Assembly: GCA_963748215.1 (NCBI GenBank)
Contig: CAVVHS010000007.1
Location: 96,001-160,000 of the forward strand
Source of the DNA: an uncultured Gammaproteobacteria bacterium
GTDB taxonomy: Bacteria; Pseudomonadota; Gammaproteobacteria; UBA9214
Direction of reading: 5' to 3'
Length of the DNA stretch: 64,000 nt
In this document: in pieces, positions 1 through 10,840 of the stretch
How positions within the stretch are numbered: position 1 is the stretch's first letter
Layout: every line of letters begins with the position of its first letter
Program-made: the position numbers and the translations under genes
The notes under the pieces: model-generated
Database searches by the model: none
Seen by the model: only the letters and a program-made list of their open reading frames with translations
What the model was told of the DNA's origin: nothing

Positions 1-678
1 GCATGGCAGTGGCTTCTCCCTGGCGAGATCTCTCGGTTGTGTCAAAGGATTGCCATCGAAAAGGATCTGACCGTTTTCATCAAGAAAAATTCGGCCGCTG
101 GCAAACCACTGGATCGCCAGCGGATACATCCTGTGTTCCTGCGCCAGCACGCGGTCGGCGAGCGCGGCCGGGGTATCGCCGTCCAGGACGGGTACGCGCG
201 CCTGCAGCAATACCGGCCCGCCATCCATTTTCGCGGTGACGAAATGCACGCTGGCGCCGTGCTCGGTCAGGCCGGCCTCGAGCGCGCGGCGGTGGGTGTC
301 CAGACCGGGCAGTGCCGGCAGCAGCGAGGGATGGATATTCAGCATGCGGCCAGGATAGTGCGCGACGAAGCCGGCTGTCAGCAGGCGCATGAAGCCGGCC
401 AGTACCACCAGGCCCGGCCGGCAGGCGTCGATACGTGACTGCAGGGCGTGCTCGAAGGCCGTGCGGTCGGCAAAGGCCGTATGATCGACGACCTCGGCGG
501 GAATGCCGGCGGCCTGTGCGACACGCAATCCGGCGGCGTCCGGACGGTTGCTGATCACGGCGCGGATGTCGATGGCCAGCGCGCCGCTGGCGGCGCAGTT
601 GATAAGGGCATCGAGGTTGCTGCCGCGCCCGGAAATGAGCATGACGACCTGCAGGCGTGCTGTTGCCGTGGTCGTCAT
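1..678 (-). CDS. purN: phosphoribosylglycinamide formyltransferase (3' end runs off the window edge)
   Basis: Absent from the ORF track; my translation from ATG at 678 gives VMLISGRGSNL...VLAGFMRLL...NIHPSLLP...HGASVHFVT..MDGGP...QEHRMYP; lies directly downstream of purM. Confidence 0.95.
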   Translation of the reverse strand, partial: MTTTATARLQVVMLISGRGSNLDALINCAASGALAIDIRAVISNRPDAAGLRVAQAAGIPAEVVDHTAFADRTAFEHALQSRIDACRPGLVVLAGFMRLLTAGFVAHYPGRMLNIHPSLLPALPGLDTHRRALEAGLTEHGASVHFVTAKMDGGPVLLQARVPVLDGDTPAALADRVLAQEHRMYPLAIQWFASGRIFLDENGQILFDGNPLTQPRDLAREKPLPC

Positions 679-712
679 GGGCGCTCTCTCAGGACAGCAG
701 CCTCTGTCGGCA

Positions 713-1783
713 TCAGCGGGTCAGTCGTACCTCGGGCGCGCCACTGCCTGCCTCGATGTAGCCGATGCGTCGCGCGTCCTCACCCTGTTCGCCGAGGTGT
801 GCGATGACGGCGTCACAGTCGCCGTCCGCGACACAGATGACCATGCCGATGCCGCAGTTGAACGTGCGGTACATTTCGTGCGGTTCGACGTTGCCATGGC
901 GCTGCAGCCAGTCGAAGATCTCGGCGGGTTGCCAGGTGCCGGTGCTGATGACGGCGCGCATGCCGTCCGGCAGCACACGCGGCACGTTGTCGAGCAGGCC
1001 GCCGCCGGTGATGTGCGCCAGTGCGTGCACGTCGAACCGGCTGCATAGTGACAACAGCGGTTTGACGTAGATGCGGGTCGGCGCCAGCAGCCAGTCCGCC
1101 AGGCTGCGCCCGGCCAGGGTGTCGGTGAGCTTGCTGCCGCTGACTTCCAGGATCTTGCGGATCAGCGAGTAGCCATTGGAATGTGGACCGGAGGAGGCAA
1201 TGCCGACCAGCGCATCGCCGACCGCGACGCGGCTGCCGTCGATGATGGCGGACTTCTCCACGATGCCGACGCAGAAGCCGGCCAGGTCGTAGTCGCCACT
1301 GCCGTACATGCCGGGCATTTCCGCGGTCTCGCCGCCGATCAGTGCCGCGCCGGCCTGTTCGCAGCCGTCGGCGATACCGTTGATGACGGCGGCGGCGACG
1401 TCCAGCTCGAGCTTGCCGGTGGCGTAGTAGTCGAGAAAGAACAGCGGTTCGGCGCTGGTCACCACGATGTCGTTGACGCACATGGCGACCAGGTCGATGC
1501 CGATGCTGTCGTGGATGCCGGACTCGATGGCCAGCTTGAGCTTGGTGCCGACGCCGTCGGTGCCGGATACCAGCACCGGTGCGCGGTAGCGCTCCAGCGG
1601 CAGCTCGAACAGGGCGCCGAAGCCGCCCAGCCCTGCCAGGACCTCCGGGCGCCGGGTTCTCGCCACGGCGGGCTTGATGCGCTCGACCAGTTCCTCGCCG
1701 GCATCGATATCGACGCCGGCGTCGCGGTAGCTCAGCGCGTGCGCCGGGCTGCCGGAGGTACCGTGTTTGTCTTGAACAGTCAC
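713..1783 (-). CDS. purM: phosphoribosylformylglycinamidine cyclo-ligase (AIR synthetase)
   Basis: [45 protein letters not shown] motifs. Confidence 0.97.
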   Translation of the reverse strand: MTVQDKHGTSGSPAHALSYRDAGVDIDAGEELVERIKPAVARTRRPEVLAGLGGFGALFELPLERYRAPVLVSGTDGVGTKLKLAIESGIHDSIGIDLVAMCVNDIVVTSAEPLFFLDYYATGKLELDVAAAVINGIADGCEQAGAALIGGETAEMPGMYGSGDYDLAGFCVGIVEKSAIIDGSRVAVGDALVGIASSGPHSNGYSLIRKILEVSGSKLTDTLAGRSLADWLLAPTRIYVKPLLSLCSRFDVHALAHITGGGLLDNVPRVLPDGMRAVISTGTWQPAEIFDWLQRHGNVEPHEMYRTFNCGIGMVICVADGDCDAVIAHLGEQGEDARRIGYIEAGSGAPEVRLTR

Positions 1784-1934
1784 GCGCGGGCTCCAGTGGG
1801 CGGGGTGAAAACAGGGACGCTATGGTAGCGGTCGGCTGTAACCGCTGTAAACCCGCCGCCCGTGCCCGATATGGCCAAACCCGGCGGATATCCGTATGCT
1901 GTGCATCCATTAACGAAGCTGTTACCGGTAACGT

Positions 1935-2978
1935 ATGGATAAGTCTGGACAAAGAAGCCTGTTGCTCGTGCTGTTGCTGTGCCTGACGTGGCTGGCGCCC
2001 CAGGCCGCTACTGACCTCTTCGAGGCCGAGGTGGTGGTCAGCGACCAGACGCCCGCTGTGCGGCGTACCGCCCTGCAGGGCGCATTGCGCGAGGTGCTGG
2101 TACGGGTGACCGGGCAGCAGGACGTGCTGACCACCGAACCGGTGCAGGAATTGCTCGGCAATCCCGAGCAGCTCGTACAGCAGTACCGCTACTTCACCGA
2201 GCAGCAGCGGGAACCGCCGCTGCTCAAGCTGTGGGTACGCTTCGACGGTGATGCGATCCGCCAGGCCGTGCAGCAGCAGGGCCTGGCCTACTGGGGCGGT
2301 GAACGGCCGGACACGCTGGTCTGGCTGGCGGTCGAGGACCGTGGTCGTCGCTACGTGGTGTCGGCCGACGACAGCAGCGACGTGCACCGCGCGGTGGCGG
2401 CGGCTGCGCGCCAGCGTGGCGTGCCGGTGCTGTTCCCCCTGATGGACCTGGAAGACCAGGACCAGGTGCATTTCTCGGTAATCTGGGGCGGCTACCTCGA
2501 CAAGGTGCTGGCAGCCTCGCAGCGCTACAACCCGCAGTCGGTACTGATCGGTCGTCTCAACCGCAGTCCGTCGGGGGGCTGGGCCTCGCGCTGGGAACTG
2601 AACGTGGCCGGCCGTCCCAACAGCTGGTCCGACAGCCATCAGCAACTCGATGCGCTGGCGCGGCAGGGTATCGATGACGTGGCCGACCGGCTGGCCACGC
2701 AGTTCTCGGTCGCCGCCCCGGGCGGTGGCAGCGCCAACGGCGTGTCGATCCAGGTGCAGGGCATCGAGACGCTGGCGGCCTATGCGCGCATCAGCAATTA
2801 CCTGGCCACCCTGACCTCGGTCCGCGGGGTGCAGGTCAGCGAGGTGACGCCGACGGCAGTGCGCTATTCCCTGCAACTCAGCGGCAGCCAGGACAGTCTG
2901 ATGCGGACCATCGCCATCGGTACCGTGCTGGAGTCCGCGTCGGACGGTATCCCGGGGAATTACCGGCTGCGTCAATGA
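1935..2978 (+). CDS. DUF2066-like exported protein
   Basis: Signal peptide, LFEAEVVV...VLVRVTG, RPDTLVWLAVE, PLMDLED; usual position divergent from purM. Confidence 0.8.
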   Translation: MDKSGQRSLLLVLLLCLTWLAPQAATDLFEAEVVVSDQTPAVRRTALQGALREVLVRVTGQQDVLTTEPVQELLGNPEQLVQQYRYFTEQQREPPLLKLWVRFDGDAIRQAVQQQGLAYWGGERPDTLVWLAVEDRGRRYVVSADDSSDVHRAVAAAARQRGVPVLFPLMDLEDQDQVHFSVIWGGYLDKVLAASQRYNPQSVLIGRLNRSPSGGWASRWELNVAGRPNSWSDSHQQLDALARQGIDDVADRLATQFSVAAPGGGSANGVSIQVQGIETLAAYARISNYLATLTSVRGVQVSEVTPTAVRYSLQLSGSQDSLMRTIAIGTVLESASDGIPGNYRLRQ

Positions 2979-3529
2979 AAACGAGCGATATACCGAACCT
3001 GATCACGGTATTCCGCTTCCTGCTGGTGCCGCCACTGGTCTGGCTGCTGCTCGATGACCGTTTCGCCGCGGCGCTGGTGGTGTTCGGCGTGGCGGGTTTC
3101 TCCGATGCGCTGGACGGTTACCTGGCCAAGCAGTTCCAGTGGACCAGCCGCCTCGGCTCCTTGCTGGATCCGCTGGCCGACAAGTTGTTGCTGATCGCTG
3201 CATTCGTGACGCTGGGCTGGCTGCACGTGATACCGCTGTGGCTGGTCGGACTGGTCTGCCTGCGTGACCTGGTGATCGTCGCGGGTGCGGTGAGCTATCA
3301 CTTCCTGATCGAGCCGCTGACGGCGGAGCCGAGCCTGATCAGCAAGCTGAACACGCTGGCACAGATCCTGCTGGTGCTGGCCGTCATGATCAACCGCGAC
3401 CTCTACGCCCTGCCGCCATTGTGGCTGGACGTGCTGATCTACAGCGTACTTGCCTCGACGCTCTGGAGCGGGTTCGATTATGTCTGGACCTGGAGTCGCA
3501 AGGCACTGCGCACACGTAATGGGGCCTGA
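2975..3529 (+). CDS. CDP-alcohol phosphatidyltransferase family protein
   Basis: IPNLIT.FR and DALDGYLAK...GSLLDPLADK signature. Confidence 0.9.
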   Translation: MKTSDIPNLITVFRFLLVPPLVWLLLDDRFAAALVVFGVAGFSDALDGYLAKQFQWTSRLGSLLDPLADKLLLIAAFVTLGWLHVIPLWLVGLVCLRDLVIVAGAVSYHFLIEPLTAEPSLISKLNTLAQILLVLAVMINRDLYALPPLWLDVLIYSVLASTLWSGFDYVWTWSRKALRTRNGA

Positions 3530-3564
3530 TACCTGACGCCCTGCCGGGCCGGATGCCAGCTGCC

Positions 3565-4263
3565 ATGAACAACCCCCAGTTGCCGCTTGGTCTCGCATTG
3601 CGTGACAGCGCGCGTTTCGAGAGCTTTTTCGGCGTACAGAACGGTGAGCTGGTCACCATCCTGCAGCAGGCCGCAACCGGTACAGGCGAAACCCTGGTTT
3701 ACCTCGCCGGTGCGGATGGCCTGGGCAAGACCCACCTGCTGCAGGCCGCCAGCCGGCATGCCACACAAGCCGGGCGCAGCAGTACCTATCTGCCGCTGGC
3801 CGCACGGGCGGAACTGGCGCCGGAAGTGCTGGCGGGGCTGGAACAGATGGACCTGGTATGCCTGGACGACATCCAGGCGATTGCCGGTGACGCTCCATGG
3901 GAACGTGGCGTGTTCGACCTGTTCAACCGTGTGCGCGCGGCCGGCGGCACACTGCTGGTCGCCGGGCAGCAGCGGCCGGACCGTACCGGCTTCGCATTGC
4001 CGGATCTTGTCTCGCGCCTGGCCTGGGGCGTGACCTACGTGCTCAAGCCGCTCGCCGAGGCGGACGTGCTGGCCGCACTGGACTGGCGTGCGCGCAGTCG
4101 TGGCCTGGAATTGCCCGACGTCACGGCACGCTTCCTGATCAAGCGCCTGCCGCGTGATCTGCCTACGGTATTCGACCTGCTGGATCGTCTCGACGAGGCC
4201 TCGATGGTCGAGCAGCGGCGCCTGACGGTGCCGTTCGTGAAGGCGGTACTGGGACTGTTGTAG
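3565..4263 (+). CDS. hda: DnaA regulatory inactivator Hda
   Basis: N-terminal QLPL clamp-binding motif, GLGKTHLL, LDDI, LPDLVSRL, RRLTVPFVK; alternative start 3553. Confidence 0.93.
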   Translation: MNNPQLPLGLALRDSARFESFFGVQNGELVTILQQAATGTGETLVYLAGADGLGKTHLLQAASRHATQAGRSSTYLPLAARAELAPEVLAGLEQMDLVCLDDIQAIAGDAPWERGVFDLFNRVRAAGGTLLVAGQQRPDRTGFALPDLVSRLAWGVTYVLKPLAEADVLAALDWRARSRGLELPDVTARFLIKRLPRDLPTVFDLLDRLDEASMVEQRRLTVPFVKAVLGLL

Positions 4264-4283
4264 GAGCGCTTCGCAAGCGCGAT
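4260..4283. repeat. GTAG-type REP-like palindrome overlapping the hda stop codon
   Basis: GTAGGAGCGCTTCGCAAGCGCGAT: GTAG tetranucleotide followed by a GCGCTT/AAGCGC stem. Confidence 0.5.
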
Positions 4284-4295
4284 CTTGTTTACAAC

Positions 4296-4655
4296 TTAAC
4301 GTCGGCTTGCCTCGCGCTTGCCTGTCTTGATATAGCTGATGCCGCCGACGAACCATGCGGTGGTCAGCACGATTTCCAGCAACCCGAGCGGGCGGGTGCT
4401 TGCCGAGTGCCAGGCCTCGATGACACCGTGCGTGAAGTAGAGCAGGGCGAGGAAACAGCTCCACGCGATGGTGTAGCGTCGTGCATGCAGCAGCCCGCGC
4501 AGCGGAAACAGCAGCGGGGTGACCAGCACCAGCAGCACCAGTGCCACCGGGAAGTGCGTGGAGGGTGCCAGCCAGACATACCAGGCAAGCAGCAGCGCGA
4601 AGGTGCCGAAATAGCCGGTCAGCGTGAGCGCATACAGCAGGCGTGGAGCCGGCAT
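4296..4655 (-). CDS. DUF2069-like membrane protein
   Basis: Four hydrophobic segments, PLLFPLRGL..RRYT.AW..FLALLYFTHG; downstream of wrbA. Confidence 0.8.
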   Translation of the reverse strand: MPAPRLLYALTLTGYFGTFALLLAWYVWLAPSTHFPVALVLLVLVTPLLFPLRGLLHARRYTIAWSCFLALLYFTHGVIEAWHSASTRPLGLLEIVLTTAWFVGGISYIKTGKREASRR

Positions 4656-4686
4656 CAGCGGACCGGTCTGGCGCAGGGCGCGCGTG

Positions 4687-5319
<633 letters not shown>

Positions 5320-5379
5320 TCAACAACCACGGTGTTCCTGTGCCAATGAACGCCACCCCGGGATCCGCTGTATTCTACT

Positions 5380-5506
5380 GTCATTCCGGCCTCGGCTTTG
5401 GCTTCCTGCGCCGCTCTACCTCCTGCATGGCCCAGGCCGCCTCTCGACCCGGGCTATGCCCGTAATAATGGCTCACCTTCTCCATGCAGTCGTGCGCCGG
5501 AATGAC
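5380..5506. repeat. REP-like palindromic element with nested inverted repeats
   Basis: Outer IR GTCATTCCGGC/GCCGGAATGAC (5380-5390, 5496-5506); inner IR CTGCATGG/CCATGCAG (5423-5430, 5482-5489). Confidence 0.6.
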
Positions 5507-5516
5507 GGAAGATGAA

Positions 5517-5885
5517 TTATCCAGGCCTTCCCGGGAGCAGCTCAAGCACCTTCTCCGGCGGCCGGCCGATGACCGCCTTGCCGTCGCGGACCACGATGGG
5601 GCGCTCGATCAGTTTTGGGTATTTGACCATGGCGTCGATCAGCTGCGCGCGCGTCAGCGCCGGGTCATCAAGCCCGGCGTCTTTATACTCCTGTTCATGT
5701 TTACGCATGAGTTCGCGCGGCTCCAGGCCGAGCATGTCCAGCAGGGCGGCGAGCCTGCCCCGGGTCGGCGGCGTCTTGAGGTATTCGACGACCGCCGGCT
5801 GCACGCCGTGACGGTCCAGCAGTTCCAGTGTCGCACGCGACTTGCTGCAGCGCGGATTGTGGTAGAGGGTGACGCTGTCGCTCAT
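5517..5885 (-). CDS. arsC: ArsC-family (glutaredoxin-dependent) reductase
   Basis: YHNPRCSKSR, LIERPIV, GRPPE. Confidence 0.88.
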   Translation of the reverse strand: MSDSVTLYHNPRCSKSRATLELLDRHGVQPAVVEYLKTPPTRGRLAALLDMLGLEPRELMRKHEQEYKDAGLDDPALTRAQLIDAMVKYPKLIERPIVVRDGKAVIGRPPEKVLELLPGRPG

Positions 5886-5929
5886 GGTGTTGCTCCGCTC
5901 GTGTGGTGAATTCCCGGCCCGGCGCCGCG

Positions 5930-7453
5930 TCAGCCCTTGACCACCGGGATGCCGGCGATGCGCATGCGCCATTCTCGCGGACCGCTTTCATGTACCGAGT
6001 TGCCCCGCGCATCGACGGCCACGGTGACCGGCATGTCCTCGACCTCGAATTCGTACACGGCCTCCATGCCCAGTTCCGGGAACGCGACCACGCGGGCGGC
6101 GCGGATCGCCTTCGACACCAGGTAGGCGGCGCCGCCGGTGGCAATCAGGTAGACCGCGCCGTGCCGCGCGATGGACGCAATGGCCTGCGGCCCGCGTTCC
6201 GCCTTGCCGATCATGCCCAGCAGGCCGGTCTTTTCCAGCAGGGTGTCGGTGAACTTGTCCATGCGCGTGGCCGTGGTTGGCCCGGCCGGTCCGACTACCT
6301 CCTTGCCGACCGGGTCGACCGGCCCTACGTAGTAGATGAAGCGGCCGTTGAAATCCAGCCCGTCGGGCAGCGGTTCGCCGCGCGCGATGAGATCGACGAT
6401 GCGCTTGTGGGCGGCGTCGCGCCCGGTGAGGAATTTGCCGGAGAGCAGCAGCGTTTCGCCCGGTTGCCAGGTGCCGATGTCGGCGCGGGTCAGGCCGTCG
6501 AGCCGGACGCGCCGGCTGCTGCCGGTGTGGTCCTGCGTGATCTGCGGCCAGTCCTCCAGGCGCGGCGGCACCAGTTGCACCGGACCGCTGCCGTCCAGCG
6601 TGAAGTGGACATGGCGGGTCGCCGCGCAGTTCGGGATCAGGGCGACCGGCTTGGAGGCGGCGTGCGTCGGGTAATCCTTCAGCTTGACGTCCAGCACGGT
6701 GGTGAGTCCGCCGAGTCCCTGCGCGCCGATGCCGAGGGCGTTGATTTTGTCATAGAGTTCCAGGCGCAGTTCCTCCAGCCGGTTCTGCGCGCCGCGTGCC
6801 TGCAGCTCGTGGATGGTGATCGGTTCGAGGATCGCCTCCTTGGCCAGCAGCATCGCCTTTTCGGCAGTGCCGCCGATGCCGACGCCGAGGATGCCGGGCG
6901 GACACCAGCCGGCGCCCATGGTCGGCACCTGTGCCAGCACCCATTCGACGATGTCGTCGCTGGGGTTGAGGATGGCAAAGCGCGACTTGTTTTCCGAGCC
7001 GCCGCCCTTGGCGGCCACGGTGATTTCCACCGTGTTGCCCGGCACGACGTCCTTGTGGATCACGGCCGGCGTATTGTCACCGGTGTTGCGGCGCGCACCG
7101 GCCGGGTCGCTGACAATGGAGCCGCGCAGCGGGTTGCCGGGGTCGAGATAGGCGCGCCGTACCGCGGCGTTGACCATGTCATCGATGCTGCTGTCGGTAT
7201 CCCAGCGCACGTCCATGCCGATCTTCAGGAACACGTTGACGATGCCGGTGTCCTGGCAAATCGGCCGGTGTCCCTCGGCGCACAGGCGCGAGTTGATGAG
7301 GATCTGGGCCATGGCATCGCGCGCGGCCGGCGCCTGTTCGCGCTGCCAGGCCGCGTGCATGGCCTTGATGAAATCCGGCGGGTGGTAATAGGAAATGTAC
7401 TGCAGCGCGTCGCAGATGCTGTCGGTAAAGTCCTGTTTGCTGATGGTATTCAC
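5930..7453 (-). CDS. class I (Fe-S) fumarate hydratase
   Basis: RPICQDTG, AKGGGSENK, GWCPPG, PNCAATRH, GRDAAH, GPTTATRM. Confidence 0.93.
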   Translation of the reverse strand: MNTISKQDFTDSICDALQYISYYHPPDFIKAMHAAWQREQAPAARDAMAQILINSRLCAEGHRPICQDTGIVNVFLKIGMDVRWDTDSSIDDMVNAAVRRAYLDPGNPLRGSIVSDPAGARRNTGDNTPAVIHKDVVPGNTVEITVAAKGGGSENKSRFAILNPSDDIVEWVLAQVPTMGAGWCPPGILGVGIGGTAEKAMLLAKEAILEPITIHELQARGAQNRLEELRLELYDKINALGIGAQGLGGLTTVLDVKLKDYPTHAASKPVALIPNCAATRHVHFTLDGSGPVQLVPPRLEDWPQITQDHTGSSRRVRLDGLTRADIGTWQPGETLLLSGKFLTGRDAAHKRIVDLIARGEPLPDGLDFNGRFIYYVGPVDPVGKEVVGPAGPTTATRMDKFTDTLLEKTGLLGMIGKAERGPQAIASIARHGAVYLIATGGAAYLVSKAIRAARVVAFPELGMEAVYEFEVEDMPVTVAVDARGNSVHESGPREWRMRIAGIPVVKG

Positions 7454-7586
7454 GTGCGAAAGTGGCGGAACCCTGTGCCTGTTCGGGAGTCACAAGTGTA
7501 GCCTGTTTGGGATGGGACAGGTAAATCACCCGCCGCCCGCGCGGTGCGGGGTATAATGCCCGCCAGAGTGTTATCAGGAGTCAAGC

Positions 7587-8102
7587 ATGCATCTGTTTAT
7601 ACTGATTGCCGCGCTGTTCGCCACCACGGCGCTGGCCGGTGACGAGGTCGATTTCACCCTGCCTGGCCTGGACGGCAAGCCGGTGTCGCTGTCGGATTAC
7701 CGTGGCAAGTGGGTGGTGGTGAATTACTGGGCCACCTGGTGTCCGCCCTGCCTGGAAGAGATCCCGGACCTGGTCGACCTGTACGAGGAAAACCGCGGGC
7801 GCCTGGTGGTGCTGGGCGTGAGCTACGAAGAGGTGAACGAGGAATACCTCAGGGAATTCGTCGAGAGCCACATGATGTCCTATCCCGTCATGCGTATGGA
7901 TCCACTGCCGGTGACTCCACTCGGCCCGGTACTGGGCCTGCCGACCACCTATATCATTTCGCCGGAAGGCGAGCGCGCGGCACGCCAGGAAGGGCCGGTG
8001 ACGCGTGCGGCCATCGAACAGTACATCGATCGCAAGGAAGCGGAACGTGCCAAACAGGCGGCCCTGTCGGGTTCCACAGCCGCTGCGGCTGGGATGCCCT
8101 GA
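7587..8102 (+). CDS. TlpA-family thiol:disulfide reductase
   Basis: Signal peptide, NYWATWCPPC, GLPTTY. Confidence 0.9.
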   Translation: MHLFILIAALFATTALAGDEVDFTLPGLDGKPVSLSDYRGKWVVVNYWATWCPPCLEEIPDLVDLYEENRGRLVVLGVSYEEVNEEYLREFVESHMMSYPVMRMDPLPVTPLGPVLGLPTTYIISPEGERAARQEGPVTRAAIEQYIDRKEAERAKQAALSGSTAAAAGMP

Positions 8103-8114
8103 GTAAGGACGGCC

Positions 8115-8381
8115 GTGATCTGCCGGCGCTGCATCGTGTCGGGACGGGTTCAGGGCGTATTCTTCCGCGCCAGTACGCAGGCGCAGGCACTTGCCCTGGG
8201 CGTTAGTGGCCATGCGCGCAATCTGCCGGATGGCCGCGTCGAGGTGCTGGCCTGCGGTGCGGAACAGGACGTTCGGTCGCTCTGTGCCTGGCTGCAGACG
8301 GGTCCTTCGCAGGCACGGGTCACCGCTGTGCAGTGTACGGACGTCGATGCGGCCGTGCCCGCGAAGTTCACCACCGGTTAG
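8115..8381 (+). CDS. acyP: acylphosphatase
   Basis: VSGRVQGVFFR, RNLPDGRVEV. Confidence 0.92.
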   Translation: MICRRCIVSGRVQGVFFRASTQAQALALGVSGHARNLPDGRVEVLACGAEQDVRSLCAWLQTGPSQARVTAVQCTDVDAAVPAKFTTG

Positions 8382-8410
8382 GCTGCAGGCCTGTCGAGGC
8401 CGGTGACCGC

Positions 8411-10045
8411 TCAACCCGGCACGCGGGTCGTTTCGTTCCCGAAGGTCTGCGGATCGAGAACGGTATCCCCGGGCGGCCGCGAATGATCGGTCTGCGGGTA
8501 ATCGAGCGTGTAGTGCAGGCCGCGGCTTTCCTTGCGCAGCTGGGCCGAGCGGATGATCAGCTCCGCGACCTGCGCCAGGTTGCGCAGCTCGATCAGGTCG
8601 TTGGAGACGGTGAAATTGCTGTAGTACTCGTGGATTTCATGCTGCAGCAGGTCCACCCGGCGCCAGGCGCGCTCGAGGCGCTTGTTGGTGCGCACGATGC
8701 CCACGTAGTTCCACATGCAGCGGCGCAGTTCGTCCCAGTTGTGCATGACCACCACCTCTTCATCGGAATCCCTCACGCGTGATTCGTCCCAGGCGGGCAG
8801 CGGTGGCGGTGCCAGGGTGTCGGTCAGGGTGTCGCCGATATGCGCGGCGGCGGCCGCGGCGAACACCAGGCATTCCAGCAGCGAGTTGCTGGCCATGCGA
8901 TTGGCGCCGTGCAGACCGGTGCAGGCCACCTCGCCGATCGCGTAGAGGCCTGGCAGGTCGGTGCGGCCGTGCAGGTCGGTGATGACGCCGCCGCAGGTAT
9001 AGTGGGCCGCCGGTACCACCGGGATCGGCTCCAGCGTCATGTCATAGCCGAGTTCGCGGCAACGCGCATAGACATTCGGGAAATGCTCCTTGATGAAAGG
9101 CGCCGGCTTGTGACTGATATCCAGCAGCACGTACTCGATGCCGAGACGCTTCATCTCGTGGTCGATGGCGCGCGCCACGATGTCGCGCGGGGCCAGGTTG
9201 CCGCGCTCGTCGAAGTCTTCCATGAAGGGCGTGCCGTCGGGCAGCATCAGCACCCCGCCTTCGCCGCGCACGGCCTCGGTGACCAGAAACGACTTGGCCT
9301 GCGGGTGGTACAGGCAGGTCGGGTGGAACTGGTTGAACTCCATGTTTGCGACCCGGCAGCCGGCGCGCCAGGCCATGGCGATGCCGTCGCCGCTGGAGGT
9401 GTCCGGGTTGCTGGTGTACAGGTAGACCTTGCTGGCGCCGCCGGTGGCCAGTACGACATTGCGCGCGGCGAAGGCCTCGACCCGGTGGGCGTTGATATCC
9501 AGCACATAGGCACCCAGGCAGCGGTTTTCCTCCAGCCCGAGCTTGGCGCCGGTAATCAGGTCAATGGCGATGTGGTGTTCGAACAGGGTGATGTTGTCGC
9601 GCCTGCGGGTTTCATCGACCAGCGTGGTTTCCATGGCGCGGCCGGTTGCGTCGGCCGCGTGCAGTACCCGGCGCGTCGAATGCCCGCCCTCGCGGGTCAG
9701 GTGGAAGGTGATCGGCTCGCCGTCCGCGCCGTGCCGGGTGAACGGCACGCCGAGCTCGACCAGCCAGTCGATCGCCGCGGGGGCATGTTCGATGGTATAG
9801 CGCACCACGTCCGGTTTGTTCAGGCCGGCGCCGGCATCGAGGGTGTCGGCGATGTGCGATTCGAAGGTGTCTGCAGGATCGGTAACGGCCGAGATGCCGC
9901 CCTGGGCGTAGAGGGTGCTGCCTTCGTCGATGCGGCTCTTGGCCAGCACCGCGATCCGCACGGTCTCGGGCAGGCGCAGGGCGAGGCTGAGTCCCGCCGC
10001 GCCGCTGCCAATGATCAGGACATCGTACTGGTGGTGGTTTGGCAT
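8411..10045 (-). CDS. nadB: L-aspartate oxidase
   Basis: [44 protein letters not shown]; divergent from rpoE. Confidence 0.97.
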   Translation of the reverse strand: MPNHHQYDVLIIGSGAAGLSLALRLPETVRIAVLAKSRIDEGSTLYAQGGISAVTDPADTFESHIADTLDAGAGLNKPDVVRYTIEHAPAAIDWLVELGVPFTRHGADGEPITFHLTREGGHSTRRVLHAADATGRAMETTLVDETRRRDNITLFEHHIAIDLITGAKLGLEENRCLGAYVLDINAHRVEAFAARNVVLATGGASKVYLYTSNPDTSSGDGIAMAWRAGCRVANMEFNQFHPTCLYHPQAKSFLVTEAVRGEGGVLMLPDGTPFMEDFDERGNLAPRDIVARAIDHEMKRLGIEYVLLDISHKPAPFIKEHFPNVYARCRELGYDMTLEPIPVVPAAHYTCGGVITDLHGRTDLPGLYAIGEVACTGLHGANRMASNSLLECLVFAAAAAAHIGDTLTDTLAPPPLPAWDESRVRDSDEEVVVMHNWDELRRCMWNYVGIVRTNKRLERAWRRVDLLQHEIHEYYSNFTVSNDLIELRNLAQVAELIIRSAQLRKESRGLHYTLDYPQTDHSRPPGDTVLDPQTFGNETTRVPG

Positions 10046-10155
10046 GCTGTGTCGGTCCTGAACGGGTCGGTCAATAATCGTTATCCGGACGGGTTACCGT
10101 CAAGAGAACGTGTACAATTCGCCTTCAGCAATGGACGCGATCTGCGGTTCCTGAT

Positions 10156-10211
10156 GGAACTGTCTGATTCACTTACACTAACATGAACTATCCAGGATCC
10201 GGGTTGTCGAT
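10156..10211 (+). promoter_or_regulatory. putative tandem sigmaE-type promoters of the rpoE operon
   Basis: GGAACT-N16-CTAAC at 10156 and GAACTA-N16-TCGAT at 10185-10211 resemble the GAACTT-N16-TCTRA consensus; rpoE/algU operons are autoregulated. Confidence 0.55.
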
Positions 10212-10243
10212 GTGATGTGCCGGGTTGACGGGAGACGGCCCGG

Positions 10244-10819
10244 ATGGGCGAACGAAGCATAGATCAGGCGCTGGTAGAACGGGTACAGCAGGGCGACAAG
10301 CGGGCGTTTGATATTCTGGTTCTGAAATACCAGAATAAAATCATACAGTTGGCGTATCGCTACGTACATGATCACGATGAGGCGCTGGACGTCGCGCAGG
10401 AGGCCTTCATCAAGGCCTACAAGTCGCTGGACAATTTCCGCGGCGACAGCGCGTTCTTCACCTGGATCTACCGGATCGCGATCAACACGGCCAAGAACCA
10501 CCTGGTGGCCAGCGGCCGCCGGCCGCCGAGGACCGATCTCGATGCCCAGGAAGCGGAACAATATGACGGCGCTGATGGTCTCAGAGATTACGCCACCCCT
10601 GAGCACGTGTTGCTCCGGGACGAGCTGAAGGAAACGATCGCCAGCGCGATAAACGATTTGCCGGATGACCTGCGCACGGCAATCACCCTGCGTGAGCTGG
10701 AAGGACTGAGTTACGACGAAATCGCGCAGGCCATGGACTGTCCGATCGGTACCGTGCGTTCGAGGATCTTCCGGGCGCGTGATGCGATCGATGTGAAATT
10801 GAGGCCATTGTTGAAGTAA
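10244..10819 (+). CDS. rpoE: ECF sigma factor RpoE/AlgU
   Basis: LVERVQQGDKRAF, FRGDSAFFTWIYRIAINTAKN, CPIGTVRSRIFRAR. Confidence 0.97.
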   Translation: MGERSIDQALVERVQQGDKRAFDILVLKYQNKIIQLAYRYVHDHDEALDVAQEAFIKAYKSLDNFRGDSAFFTWIYRIAINTAKNHLVASGRRPPRTDLDAQEAEQYDGADGLRDYATPEHVLLRDELKETIASAINDLPDDLRTAITLRELEGLSYDEIAQAMDCPIGTVRSRIFRARDAIDVKLRPLLK

Positions 10820-10840
10820 TTGCACAACAGGTTGAATGAC

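Noticed and set aside
1835-1865. TGTAACC-N17-CGTG upstream of the DUF2066 gene as another ECF promoter
   Set aside because: Spacing and both boxes deviate from the array motif; single weak match
813-2975. 720-aa minus-strand ORF and other long antisense ORFs (5903-7501, 8840-10186, 15233-17455, 29537-30805, 31878-33146)
   Set aside because: Shadow frames of well-supported genes in a GC-rich genome; no recognisable motifs
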